Below, in pieces: positions 46,544 to 55,220 of a stretch of 64,000 bases of DNA. Source of the DNA: a virus (Duplodnaviria > Caudoviricetes). The notes below the pieces were generated by a model, which did no database searches, was not told the origin of the DNA, and saw nothing but the letters and a program-made list of their open reading frames with translations. Every line of letters starts with the position of its first letter. Within the stretch, counting starts at the first letter, position 1. Position numbers and translations under genes: made by a program. The stretch spans positions 14,437 through 78,436 of IMG/VR virus record IMGVR_UViG_2934069824_000002; one strand, written 5' to 3'.

Positions 46544-46918
46544 CTACCTCTCTCTGTCGTTCCATCCGCCGGGCTGTTCGCGCGCGGTATGGCGTGAGTG
46601 GTGGGCCTTGGTCATGGCCTGCAGGTTTGTCCAGTCATGCCCACGTGGTCCGTTGGGTCCCAGGCCGTCGATGTGGTTGACCTCCGTGGCGACCGGGCGC
46701 AGAAGGGCCGGCAGGAGCAAGCAGCCGTCGCAGGCGCAGTACGGGTTCGCACGCAGGTAGGCCTCGCGTGTGCGTTCCCATCGGCTGTCGTAGCCCTTCG
46801 CCCTGGCACTGCCCCGCATGCTGCTCGCCGAGGCCTGGCAGGAGGCGCAGCGGCCTTGCGCGGTGAGGGTGGGGCATCCGGGCGTCGGGCAGACCTGCAG
46901 CGCCCTACGCTGCGCCAC
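46544..46918 (-). CDS. HNH endonuclease
   Basis: CPTPGC, VNHIDG...NLQ.M...HHSRHT. Confidence 0.87.
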   Translation of the reverse strand: MAQRRALQVCPTPGCPTLTAQGRCASCQASASSMRGSARAKGYDSRWERTREAYLRANPYCACDGCLLLPALLRPVATEVNHIDGLGPNGPRGHDWTNLQAMTKAHHSRHTAREQPGGWNDRER

Positions 46919-47183
46919 GGGCCCGGGCGGGGTACGGGCGCTGTGGAGTGCTGCGGTCCTCGTACGCCATCTGGATCCTGCCAAAGGCCTGCACGATGGT
47001 TCCCTGGAGCCGCTTGGTGTTGGCCAAGCAGGGGTCGCTGTGTTCTCTGCCCTGCGACATGAGGCCCGGGTCGCAGCAGGGCATGCCGAGGATGTGCCGC
47101 TGAGGGAAGCGCCCGTAGAGGTAGGTGCCGCGATTGCGGTGGAGGTGGCGTACGGCGCGGTCGCGGTTCGGGTAGACGGCCAC
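46905..47183 (-). CDS. Hypothetical protein
   Basis: GTG after AGGAGG. Confidence 0.5.
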   Translation of the reverse strand: MAVYPNRDRAVRHLHRNRGTYLYGRFPQRHILGMPCCDPGLMSQGREHSDPCLANTKRLQGTIVQAFGRIQMAYEDRSTPQRPYPARARGAA

Positions 47184-47308
47184 GGGGCCCTCCTGATGTG
47201 GATTGTGGTGTGACCGCAGGGCCGCCGGGAGTCTCAACGCCCCGCGATGGTCTGCCGACTGGTCGCCCACCAGGCGCTGCGCCAGAGCAGCCGGCGGCCC
47301 TGCGGGGT

Positions 47309-47548
47309 CTAGGTACTGACGTGGCGCAGCGCGCGGGCACGGGTCTTGAGTTCGGCGCGGGCGACGTCGGCGAGGCGGTAGGTGCGTGACCGGTTGTCGG
47401 CGGCGAGGCCGGTCGCGGTGAGGTGCCCGCGGTGGACCCAGGAGCGAATGGTGGCGGGAGTGATGTGGGCTGCTCCGGCGCTGAGCGCCTGGCGGGCGCG
47501 GTTGGCGTGCGCGGCGGCCTGGGCGGCGGTGAGGTGCTCGATGTCCAC
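47309..47548 (-). CDS. MerR-like HTH protein
   Basis: ITPATIRSWVHRGHL...YRLADV. Confidence 0.78.
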   Translation of the reverse strand: MDIEHLTAAQAAAHANRARQALSAGAAHITPATIRSWVHRGHLTATGLAADNRSRTYRLADVARAELKTRARALRHVST

Positions 47549-47763
47549 GGCGCATCCCTTCGTCCGGGCGTACGAAAGCCCCTGACGGCGTCGGTCAGGG
47601 GCTGGTGGCACACGTGTGGTGGTGGCAACAGTGTTGCGCTAGGCGTGGATCTTGTCCAGCGGCGTTGTTGCGGCGGGGTGTTGAGGGTGGGATTCCGGGA
47701 GTAGGTGGGGCGAGTGTTGCGCTGTCGGTACGATCCGCTCACAACGTGGGAGGGGATGGGGAA

Positions 47764-48300
47764 ATGGCGTCATTCAACGTACGTCCGGACATCGACGCGG
47801 CAGCAGAGAGACTGGGTTCGACGTTCGGCTCGAAGCGGGAGATCCAGCGGCTGCCCGAGGTTCTGTGGGAGGGCGAGGCGGTGGAGATGCTCGCCACGGG
47901 CATCTACGGGAAGGGCAACGGGCTGTTGGCGATGACCAGCATGCGGCTGATCTTCCTGAAGCACGGGGTGATGAGCCAGCAGGTGGAGGACTTCCCGTAC
48001 AGCAAGATCTCCTCGGTGCAGTGGTCGGGCGGGATGATGTTCGGCTCGCTGATCGTGTTCACGTCGGGCAACAAGGCCGAGATCAAGCAGATCCCGAAGG
48101 CGGACGGGAAGGCGCTCGCCGACCGGCTGCGGTCGTACATCGCCGCCGGGGCCGTGCCCGCGGCGGCGCCGGTGCCGGCGGCCGGGGCGCAGCAGGATGT
48201 CGGGAGTCGGCTGGCGACGCTGGACCAACTGCGCGCGGCCGGCGCGATCACGGACGTTGAGTACCAGGACCGTCGTACGCAGATCCTCAACAGCATCTGA
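47764..48300 (+). CDS. Bacterial PH domain plus SHOCT protein (moron)
   Basis: GLLAMTSMRLIF...PYSKISSV; C-terminal LDQLRAAGAITDVEY..RRTQIL; opposite strand with its own terminator. Confidence 0.85.
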   Translation: MASFNVRPDIDAAAERLGSTFGSKREIQRLPEVLWEGEAVEMLATGIYGKGNGLLAMTSMRLIFLKHGVMSQQVEDFPYSKISSVQWSGGMMFGSLIVFTSGNKAEIKQIPKADGKALADRLRSYIAAGAVPAAAPVPAAGAQQDVGSRLATLDQLRAAGAITDVEYQDRRTQILNSI

Positions 48301-48313
48301 ACGCTGGGCATGG

Positions 48314-48348
48314 CGAAGCCCCCGCCGGTACGGGTCGGCGGGGGCGTC
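48314..48348. terminator. Hairpin terminator
   Basis: gcccccgccg...cggcgggggc. Confidence 0.6.
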
Positions 48349-48408
48349 TGGCCGGGAGCTACCCGGCGTGCAGGGGGCAGGCTACTGCGGGGTTGTGGCG
48401 GCGGGCGG

Positions 48409-48582
48409 TCAGTCGTCCCAGGACATCTCGGGGACGGCCGGGAGCCCGGCTGCCTCTCGGCGGGCCATCTCGCTGCGCACCGAGTCGGCAGCCTCAGCGC
48501 TGAGGCCGGGGGCGGCCCGGCCGAGGAGCGTGTCGACGTGGGCGTCCGGCTCGTGGTCGTCGCTGGTGTAGGGCTGGGTCAT
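48409..48582 (-). CDS. Hypothetical 57-aa protein
   Basis: Hand translation MTQPYTSDD...EMSWDD; GAGAGG RBS. Confidence 0.55.
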   Translation of the reverse strand: MTQPYTSDDHEPDAHVDTLLGRAAPGLSAEAADSVRSEMARREAAGLPAVPEMSWDD

Positions 48583-48699
48583 GGTGGGTCCTCTCGGAGC
48601 TGGTGTCGGTCGGCATACCCGCGCTCGAACCAGTGAAGTACGGGCGGCCGGGGGCGCGTTGGCGCGTGTGGAATTTCGTGACGGGTGTGACTGGTGTGG

Positions 48700-48798
48700 T
48701 CAGTGGGTGTGGGCGGGGTAGTTGCCGCCGCAGCGGGCGCAGTACGGCAGGGGCTGCTGGGTGAAGCGGGCGGCGGCAAGGTGGGCGAGAAGTGCCAT
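48700..48798 (-). CDS. 32-aa CxxC/HxH peptide (MALLAHLAAARFTQQPLPYCARCGGNYPAHTH)
   Basis: Hand translation; homologue of 8807..8905. Confidence 0.72.
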   Translation of the reverse strand: MALLAHLAAARFTQQPLPYCARCGGNYPAHTH

Positions 48799-48873
48799 GA
48801 TCGTGGTCCTGTCTCGTGAGGGATGGGGCCCGCGGGCGGCCGGTCGCCTGGCAGTGAGTCGGCCGCCCCGGGG

Positions 48874-49071
48874 TCACTCGTTGGCGGCGGCGCCCGCCTT
48901 GCTGATCACGCGGGCCATGCCCTCGAACGCGTCGAGCGTGCGGCTGTCGAACTGCCCGTTCTGGGCGCGGCTGGTCTCGCCGGCCTGACGGTAGAGGTGC
49001 ATGGCCTCGCGGTACTGCCCCTGCTCCTCGGCCTGTTCGGCCTTGGCCATGCGGTCGTCGATGTCGGTCAT
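48874..49071 (-). CDS. Small helical (TPR-like) protein
   Basis: GQYREAMHLYRQ; GGAGG RBS. Confidence 0.6.
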   Translation of the reverse strand: MTDIDDRMAKAEQAEEQGQYREAMHLYRQAGETSRAQNGQFDSRTLDAFEGMARVISKAGAAANE

Positions 49072-49089
49072 GGGGTCCTCCGGGTGGTG

Positions 49090-49167
49090 GGTAGACCGGC
49101 GGCAGATGGGCCGGTAGATCGGGGTAGCTGCGGTGGTAGACCCGCAGGTAGACGGGGGTGGTAGACC
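49090..49167. repeat. Seven phased GGTAGACC-type direct repeats (clt-like)
   Basis: Units start at 49090, 49101, 49113, 49123, 49135, 49147 and 49160, directly after the TM-wHTH stop. Confidence 0.75.
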
Positions 49168-49168
49168 G

Positions 49169-49756
49169 TCACGCGGCCTGCTGCTGGCCCTCGGCCGGGG
49201 AGGGCTGTGGGAGGTCGTCCCGGTGCACCCCAGACGCCACCTTCCGGGCGACCTTCACGGACTTCCGTACGGGCACCTGGAGGATGGTGAGCCGGGCCCG
49301 GAGATCGGGCACCTCCCAGCCCTCGGCCTGCCCGTGCTTCTGGAGGTGGTCGAGGAGGGTGGAGAGGTGGACGCCGGGGCGGTCGCCGATGAGGGTTCGG
49401 ATGAGGTCGAGGAGCTGCTCGCGCTGGGCGGCGGTGTCCCCGGCCGTCGGCGGCTGCTCTTCAGCGGGCGGGGCGTCGGCCTTGGGGATGGCGCGGATCG
49501 CGGCCCAGCACCACACGGGCACGGCGAGCCAGAGCACGGAGGGCCAGCGGCGGATCAGGAGCCACGCTCCGTACGCTCCGGCGGCGAGGACGGCCAGGCG
49601 TACGACGCAGCCGAGGATCGCGGCCACACCGTCGAGGTCGTCCCGGCGGCCGGCGCGAACCCAGGCGGCGGCCCGTGCGGTGAGGCGGCGGAGGAGGAGT
49701 CGTTGCCCGTGGGTGAGGGTGCGGGCGTGGCGCTGCATGGCGGTCGGCTCGGGCAT
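49169..49756 (-). CDS. Membrane protein with C-terminal putative winged-helix domain
   Basis: Two TM segments, then IGDRPGVHL...LRARLTILQVP...SGVHRDDL. Confidence 0.72.
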   Translation of the reverse strand: MPEPTAMQRHARTLTHGQRLLLRRLTARAAAWVRAGRRDDLDGVAAILGCVVRLAVLAAGAYGAWLLIRRWPSVLWLAVPVWCWAAIRAIPKADAPPAEEQPPTAGDTAAQREQLLDLIRTLIGDRPGVHLSTLLDHLQKHGQAEGWEVPDLRARLTILQVPVRKSVKVARKVASGVHRDDLPQPSPAEGQQQAA

Positions 49757-50265
49757 CAGACGTTCCTTTCCAGGGCGTTCCGGCCGGACAGGCCCAGCGA
49801 GTTGATGAGGTCGGGCAGGCCGTCGAGCATTCCGGCGACTCCGGCGGTGACGCAGAGGACCGCCCCGGCGACGAAGAAGCTGATCAGGCGGGCCTTGTCG
49901 TCCTTCGGTGCGGCCTTGTAGATGACGACGAGGAGCACGAAGAGGAAGAACACGACCACTCCGCCCTCTTCGCTGAGGCGGCCGAGGGACCCGGCGGCGA
50001 GGGTGTCTCCGGATGGGGTGCCGGTGGTGCCGGAGACGGCTTTGCCGCCGATGCTGCCGACGGCCTGGCGGGCGCATCCCGCGAGCCATCCGGCGAGGCC
50101 GCCGAAGCAGATGGTGGCCAGTCCTCCGCAGACGAAGCCCTGGATCATGGGCGCGAGGTCTTTCAGGGCGCGTCCGCCGACCCACCATTTCCGCAGGTAG
50201 ATGGCCATGAACGTGAGGGCGATGGCGCAGGCGGCGAGGCTGGCGCCGGTGGTGGCGGTGTTCAT
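49756..50265 (-). CDS. 4-TM membrane protein
   Basis: Four hydrophobic segments; TGATG and ATGA coupling. Confidence 0.72.
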   Translation of the reverse strand: MNTATTGASLAACAIALTFMAIYLRKWWVGGRALKDLAPMIQGFVCGGLATICFGGLAGWLAGCARQAVGSIGGKAVSGTTGTPSGDTLAAGSLGRLSEEGGVVVFFLFVLLVVIYKAAPKDDKARLISFFVAGAVLCVTAGVAGMLDGLPDLINSLGLSGRNALERNV

Positions 50266-50843
50266 GACGGGTCTACTCCAGTGAGCCAGGTGACGGGGTC
50301 GTACAAGTCGATGGCGCCCATGAGGCCGACGAGGCTGATCGCGAGGAGCAGGAGGCGGCGAAGGGTGCCGCCGCCGCGGACGATCCGCATCACGGCGATG
50401 GCCAGAGGCGTGAGGGCGAGCGCGTATCCGGCGTCCTGCCCACCCTCGGCGCGGGCGGCGGCGACGGCGGACGCCCAGAGCGTCGCGACGCTGTGCCCGT
50501 CGAAGAGCGGCACGGAGGCGAGGGCGAGCGCTCCGCAGATCTGCCAGGGCCGGCCGATCTGGCGGAGCCACGCCCAGAGCCGTTCCCGCCGGGTGGGCTC
50601 GGGCTCCTCGTAGTACGGGGCGACGAGGTGGACGTGGATCTGCGGGACCGGCGGGGGAGGCGGCGGCGCGGGGGCCGGTACGGCGACGGTCGGGGGTGCG
50701 GGCGGCGGCGGGAGCGGCGGTGCAGCCGCAGCCGGGGCCGGGGCGCGCCACGGGGGCACCGCGCCGGGCGGCGGCGGTCCGGACGGGAGCGGCGCTCCCC
50801 CGGGGATGATCATGCTCGGGATGATCGGTTTACGGGTGGTCAC
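50262..50843 (-). CDS. Pro-rich membrane protein
   Basis: Poly-Pro N-terminus with three hydrophobic segments. Confidence 0.7.
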   Translation of the reverse strand: MTTRKPIIPSMIIPGGAPLPSGPPPPGAVPPWRAPAPAAAAPPLPPPPAPPTVAVPAPAPPPPPPVPQIHVHLVAPYYEEPEPTRRERLWAWLRQIGRPWQICGALALASVPLFDGHSVATLWASAVAAARAEGGQDAGYALALTPLAIAVMRIVRGGGTLRRLLLLAISLVGLMGAIDLYDPVTWLTGVDPS

Positions 50844-52057
50844 TTCTTGCCTCCGAGGGCGTCACGGATGCGCTGGGCGCGGGCCTGGCCGATGCCGTAG
50901 GTGACCTTGAGGCGGGCTACTCCGCCGGGTACCTCGGTGCCGAAGTCGCGGCGGGCCTGCTCGATGAGGGGGTCGGGGTCGGGGACGTCGCGGTCGCCCT
51001 CGGGTACCTCGTCGTCGTCCTGGCCGGGTACCTCGTCGGCCGGGGCTACCTCGGCCTCGGGTAGGTAGTCGGCGCGGACGACGGTGCGGGTAGCCGAGGC
51101 GGCGAAGACGGGGGTAGCCGGGCGGATACTGCGCCTGCAGATCACCCGGAGGAACGGAGCTCCGTCCGGGACCACGGGAGCGGGGGCGGGTAGGGCGGGT
51201 ACCTCGGTTTCCGGCAGGGGTACCCGCTCCACCGTGGTGGCGGCGGGGACCTCCCAGGGTGAGGTGATCGCGACGGTGTGGAGCTGCTCGGCGGAGCGGC
51301 GGGCAGCGAGCTGGTGCATGAGGCGGTCGCGCTGTTCGGGGTCGGTGGCTGCGCCGGAGCGGGCGACGGCGGCGGCGAGGCGGTGGCGGCCGAGGGGGGT
51401 GCGGAGCTTGCGGGAGGCGAGCCGTACGGCGCGGGCGGTGGCCCGGTCGCGGGTGATCTGCGCTGCGGTGCGGTCGCGGGTCGCGAGGCCGAGGTAGGAG
51501 AGGAGGCGTTCGCGGAGCTCCCGGCCGATGAGGGCGAGTAGCCCGGTGGAGAGGGCGGCGGGGCGGGCTACCCGGATCTCCAGTCCCATGGCGAGGTGCC
51601 ACAGGAGGCCGGCCATCACGGGGCCGATGACCGCGCGGACGGTGCCTCCGACGATGCCCGAGGTGGAGTAGCAGGCGACGACCTGGACGCCGGTGATGAC
51701 CCAGACGAGTATCCCCGGGGTACCCGGGCTACCCGCGTCGCCCTCGGTGGAGGTGGCGCGCTTGGTGGCGCGGGCCATGATCGCGCAGGCGAGGAGGGCT
51801 ACCTCCCCCGCGGCGAACATGATGACGCGCTCGGTGTCGTCGACCATGCCGAGGTGGGACCCGGCGAACCGCCAGCTGGTGTCCGCGGAGTAGGCGGTGC
51901 AGACGAGGGCGCCGATCGTGGCGGCCGCGACGGGCAGGGTGAGGGTGCGGGTAGCCCGCCAGACGCTGACGACGAGGACGACGAGGACCAAGAGCGCGGC
52001 GGCGAGGGCGTACAGGGGATGGGTGGTGGCCCAGCGTGTCAGCTGGTCGATGATCAC
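50840..52057 (-). CDS. Multi-TM protein with C-terminal HTH (Spd-like)
   Basis: SADTSWRF...MFAAGE...LLWHLAMGLE TM block; EVP-repeat linker; GVARLKVTYGIGQARAQRIR. Confidence 0.75.
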   Translation of the reverse strand: MIIDQLTRWATTHPLYALAAALLVLVVLVVSVWRATRTLTLPVAAATIGALVCTAYSADTSWRFAGSHLGMVDDTERVIMFAAGEVALLACAIMARATKRATSTEGDAGSPGTPGILVWVITGVQVVACYSTSGIVGGTVRAVIGPVMAGLLWHLAMGLEIRVARPAALSTGLLALIGRELRERLLSYLGLATRDRTAAQITRDRATARAVRLASRKLRTPLGRHRLAAAVARSGAATDPEQRDRLMHQLAARRSAEQLHTVAITSPWEVPAATTVERVPLPETEVPALPAPAPVVPDGAPFLRVICRRSIRPATPVFAASATRTVVRADYLPEAEVAPADEVPGQDDDEVPEGDRDVPDPDPLIEQARRDFGTEVPGGVARLKVTYGIGQARAQRIRDALGGKK

Positions 52058-52129
52058 GGGGTAGCTCCGAGGTAGGGGTACTCGGCCTGGGCGGATAGGT
52101 GCCCGCCCAGGCCGGGTAGGGGCGCTCGG

Positions 52130-52297
52130 TCAGCGGGCGGAAGCGCCGGCGGTGTTGCCCGAGGTGCGGGCGGAGCCGAGCTGCGTGCGGGTCTCGGCGG
52201 TGGAGGGACTGGGGCCCTGGAGGGCGGCGGCCTGCGCGGCCGTGTAGGCGCGGGCGGCGTCGGCCGGGCTGATCTCCCGGGCGTCGTCGGCGGCCAT
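52130..52297 (-). CDS. Hypothetical 55-aa protein
   Basis: Hand translation MAADDAREISP...; TGATG coupling. Confidence 0.55.
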   Translation of the reverse strand: MAADDAREISPADAARAYTAAQAAALQGPSPSTAETRTQLGSARTSGNTAGASAR

Positions 52298-52596
52298 CAG
52301 CGGGTCACCGCCGTGGAGGCGGCGCGCAGGCGAGCGGCGTACGCGGCGCGGGTGCCGGTGAGGGGCACGTCGCGGACGGCGGCGAGGGTGGCGGTGATGT
52401 CCCGGCCGACGGCGACGTCGTTGTAGACGCCGTGGTGGTCCCAGACGCTGATCTGGATCTCGAGGTGGCGGGCGTGCTCGCTCATGGCGGCCTGCGGCGT
52501 CATCTGCTCGAGGCGGCCGGCGGCCGCGGTGAGGATCGCGGGGAGCCGGTGGGCCAGGGTGCGGGAGCTCGTGGCGGCGAGCTGGGCGGCGGCCAT
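52297..52596 (-). CDS. Hypothetical protein (TRAAYAARLR motif)
   Basis: TGATG coupling. Confidence 0.62.
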   Translation of the reverse strand: MAAAQLAATSSRTLAHRLPAILTAAAGRLEQMTPQAAMSEHARHLEIQISVWDHHGVYNDVAVGRDITATLAAVRDVPLTGTRAAYAARLRAASTAVTR

Positions 52597-52946
52597 CAGA
52601 CGGTTCCGGCGGCGGCGTGCAGGCACAGGGCCCACTCGCCTCGGGTGCGGGAGATGGCCCACATGCCGGGGTCCAGGGCGGCCATGGCGCGGCAGCTGGC
52701 GTTCTGGGCGATGGTCGGCGGGTAGCCCGAGAGGATCCGGGCGTCGGCGCGGGCGAGGGCGCGGCCCCATCCGGCGAGGGTGAGCGGTTCGGTGGGGCGG
52801 ATCGCCGTCAGGTGGTCGGCGGCGTGCTGGAGCAGCTGCGCGGAGAGGCTGGGGCGGGCGAGGAGCTCGCGCAGCTGCTCGGCGAAGGGGTCGTCCTGGG
52901 GGTTGCGGGCTGCCGGTACGGCACGCCCACGGTTACGATCGCGCAT
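52596..52946 (-). CDS. Hypothetical protein (TRGEWAL.L motif)
   Basis: AGGAGG RBS. Confidence 0.65.
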   Translation of the reverse strand: MRDRNRGRAVPAARNPQDDPFAEQLRELLARPSLSAQLLQHAADHLTAIRPTEPLTLAGWGRALARADARILSGYPPTIAQNASCRAMAALDPGMWAISRTRGEWALCLHAAAGTV

Positions 52947-53042
52947 GGTCGTCCTCCTGGTGATGCAGGTGGGTGACCGGCCCCGGTCATATGGCGTCGC
53001 AAGCGCCGACCGGGGCCGTTCTGTTGGCGAGTACGACCGTAG

Positions 53043-53073
53043 CGAGAAGTGTGGACATTGTCCACACTTCTCG
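53043..53073. promoter_or_regulatory. 31-bp perfect palindromic operator
   Basis: CGAGAAGTGTGGACA-T-TGTCCACACTTCTCG between divergent genes. Confidence 0.78.
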
Positions 53074-53087
53074 GAGAGGATGGCCCC

Positions 53088-53348
53088 ATGCCCGCACCTC
53101 CCGAAGGGCCAGAGCAGGAGAAGGTGACCATGACCATCCCGAAGCTGGCCGAGCGCGTCGGCCGCAGCCGCACCCTGATTCACCGGCTGGCCACCAACCC
53201 GGCCGAGAAGTGGCCCGCCCCGGTCTTCCGCGCGGGCAGCAGCCGCCCCGAGTACGACGTCGCGTGGTTCGACGCCTACTGGACGGAGCGGCAGAAGGGC
53301 ATGACGCAGGGCAGGCGCACCGACCTGACCAACCCCGAAGAGGACTGA
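53088..53348 (+). CDS. Small HTH (AlpA-like) regulator
   Basis: MTIPKLAERVGRSRTLIHRL...WPAP; GAGAGG RBS. Confidence 0.75.
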   Translation: MPAPPEGPEQEKVTMTIPKLAERVGRSRTLIHRLATNPAEKWPAPVFRAGSSRPEYDVAWFDAYWTERQKGMTQGRRTDLTNPEED

Positions 53349-53350
53349 CC

Positions 53351-53611
53351 GTGACAGACGTTCACAAGATCACCAGTCTCGATGCGACCTGGAAACCCGG
53401 GGACGTCGTCCTGGACGCGAAGGGTGACATTCGGGTCCGCTCGGATCACCCGCAGTGGGTATGGGACTACCCCAACGAGGGCAGCACGCTGGACGCTCTC
53501 GGGGGCACGTTGATCCCGTCAGGTGGACTCGAGGAGCAGGACGTCACCAGGCCGCTGATCCTGCTCGTACGAGAGGGGCGCGCCGTCAGCGGCGTAGCCA
53601 TCACGGAATAG
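53351..53611 (+). CDS. Hypothetical protein
   Basis: GTG after GAGG; WKPGDVVLDA. Confidence 0.6.
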   Translation: MTDVHKITSLDATWKPGDVVLDAKGDIRVRSDHPQWVWDYPNEGSTLDALGGTLIPSGGLEEQDVTRPLILLVREGRAVSGVAITE

Positions 53612-53620
53612 TCGAACGGA

Positions 53621-53659
53621 CTGTGCCCCCTGCTCATGGGAGTTGAGCAGGGGGCACGG
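53621..53659. terminator. Terminator between convergent genes
   Basis: gtgccccctgctca...tgagcagggggcac. Confidence 0.7.
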
Positions 53660-53724
53660 TGCTGTCCGAGAGCGTACGGGCCAGGCGGCGACGAGGCGCC
53701 CCGGGCCGTGATGGTCTGCCGGGC

Positions 53725-53991
53725 TTACCTGTGGGCGATCTCCTGCAGCAGCGCGTCAATGAACTCCAGGTCCTCGTCGTGAAGGCCGATCCGTGCGGAG
53801 CTCATGCCAGCGGCCTGAAGGCGGTCACGGGTGGACGCGTGGCCGGGGTGGAGGCGCTGAAGTTGCTGTGCGTACGGAGTGGCCTCCTCGGCGCGGTCCA
53901 GGAGGGCGGCGAACTGACGGTGGGTGAGGTGGGTAAGGCCGGTGGCGGCGAGGGCGCGTCGCGCGGCCCGCTCGTAGGCGTACATGGGCAT
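53725..53991 (-). CDS. Hypothetical protein
   Basis: Protein-like ORF, co-oriented with the early genes. Confidence 0.55.
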   Translation of the reverse strand: MPMYAYERAARRALAATGLTHLTHRQFAALLDRAEEATPYAQQLQRLHPGHASTRDRLQAAGMSSARIGLHDEDLEFIDALLQEIAHR

Positions 53992-54057
53992 CTACCGTAG
54001 CCGCGAGTGGCTGCGCCCCGCAGCAGATCAGGGGCGGGGCGCAGCGGCGTACGGCGG

Positions 54058-54798
54058 TCAGGCGGCGGGCTGTTGGGGGACGGCGATGCGGAGAGCCAGA
54101 ACGGCGAGCGCGGGCATGACGGCGGCACGGTGGGCGTCGTACTGCTCGGGGGTGAGGCGGGCCGGGCAGAGCGTGCACGTGATGTGCAGCTCGTCTTCGC
54201 GCTCGACCAGCGACCAGGCGGAGCAGCTCGGGCACGGGGCGTCCCGGGGCCGAGTGACGGGCCGGGTGTGGGTGAGCCGGCGGACCCGGTGGAGCAGCTG
54301 CTCGACCTGGTCGTGCAGGGCGTCCCACCACGGGCGCGTCGCGGCGTACGGGAGGTACGCGTCGAGCCATCGGCAGAGGCCGGGGACATCGGCACCGGTC
54401 CGGACGTGGGCGCCGTCGCACCGTTCAATGTGGACGGTGCCGTGGGCGTCGGTGCGGATCGATGGGTAGTCGGCGGCAAGGAATCGTGCCCACCCGTAAA
54501 GGAGCGGCGTCATGGGGATGCCGCCGGTCTGGTCGCCGTGCGGGTCGTCCAGGAGCACGGGCTGCCCGGGGCCGGTGAGGTCGAGGACCTCGAGGCGGAT
54601 CGGGAGCGGGGCGTGGGCGCGGCCGATGCCGCCGCGCCGGGCGGGTCCGGTGTCGGGGCGAAGCATGTCCTGCAGGAGCGGGAGGTGGCGAGGGAGCTCG
54701 CGGAGCCAGGTGTGGACGCTGTACTGGCAGGCCTCGCAGCCCGTACGCGGGGAGTCGTCGGGCAGGTGGCCGTGGCAGGAGAGGCAGGTGGCGTTCAT
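54058..54798 (-). CDS. Zn-binding phage protein (homologue of 12655..13299)
   Basis: CLSC..CEAC N-terminus; CPSC..CTLC C-terminus. Confidence 0.72.
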   Translation of the reverse strand: MNATCLSCHGHLPDDSPRTGCEACQYSVHTWLRELPRHLPLLQDMLRPDTGPARRGGIGRAHAPLPIRLEVLDLTGPGQPVLLDDPHGDQTGGIPMTPLLYGWARFLAADYPSIRTDAHGTVHIERCDGAHVRTGADVPGLCRWLDAYLPYAATRPWWDALHDQVEQLLHRVRRLTHTRPVTRPRDAPCPSCSAWSLVEREDELHITCTLCPARLTPEQYDAHRAAVMPALAVLALRIAVPQQPAA

Positions 54799-54823
54799 GG
54801 TGGCGCTCCGGTGGTGCGGCGGG

Positions 54824-55012
54824 TCAGAGGTAGGGGCCGGTCGGGACGTCGGCGATGGGGCGCAGCAGGTTCGCGGGCAGGGTCCAGGCGGCCGGGCGGG
54901 GCGCGGGCGCCGCGCGGGTCTTGCGGTGGCAGACCGGGCCGGTGCCGCGCGCCCGGGAGGCCGGGTCGCGCAGCGGCCGGCCGCACACGTTGCAGGGGCG
55001 GGGGTCAGCCAC
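54824..55012 (-). CDS. Zn-ribbon protein (DUF6011-like)
   Basis: CNVCGRPLRDPASRARGTGPVC. Confidence 0.75.
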   Translation of the reverse strand: MADPRPCNVCGRPLRDPASRARGTGPVCHRKTRAAPAPRPAAWTLPANLLRPIADVPTGPYL

Positions 55013-55220
55013 CGTCGGCCTCCGTCAGCTCGTCGTCGGGCCACTCGATGCGGGCGTCGGGGTATCCGGCCTGGAGGAGGTCGACGGTGCGGGCGGTGCT
55101 GCCGAGGCCCCAGAACGGGTCGTCCATGACCATCGCTCGCCCGTTGGGGAACTGCGCGCCGTCGAGGACCTGGCCGTGGGGCAGATGAAGCCGGAACCCA
55201 CGGGCGAACTGGGCGGTCAC
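55005..55220 (-). CDS. Hypothetical protein
   Basis: GTGA coupling; LDGAQFPNGR. Confidence 0.58.
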   Translation of the reverse strand: MTAQFARGFRLHLPHGQVLDGAQFPNGRAMVMDDPFWGLGSTARTVDLLQAGYPDARIEWPDDELTEADGG

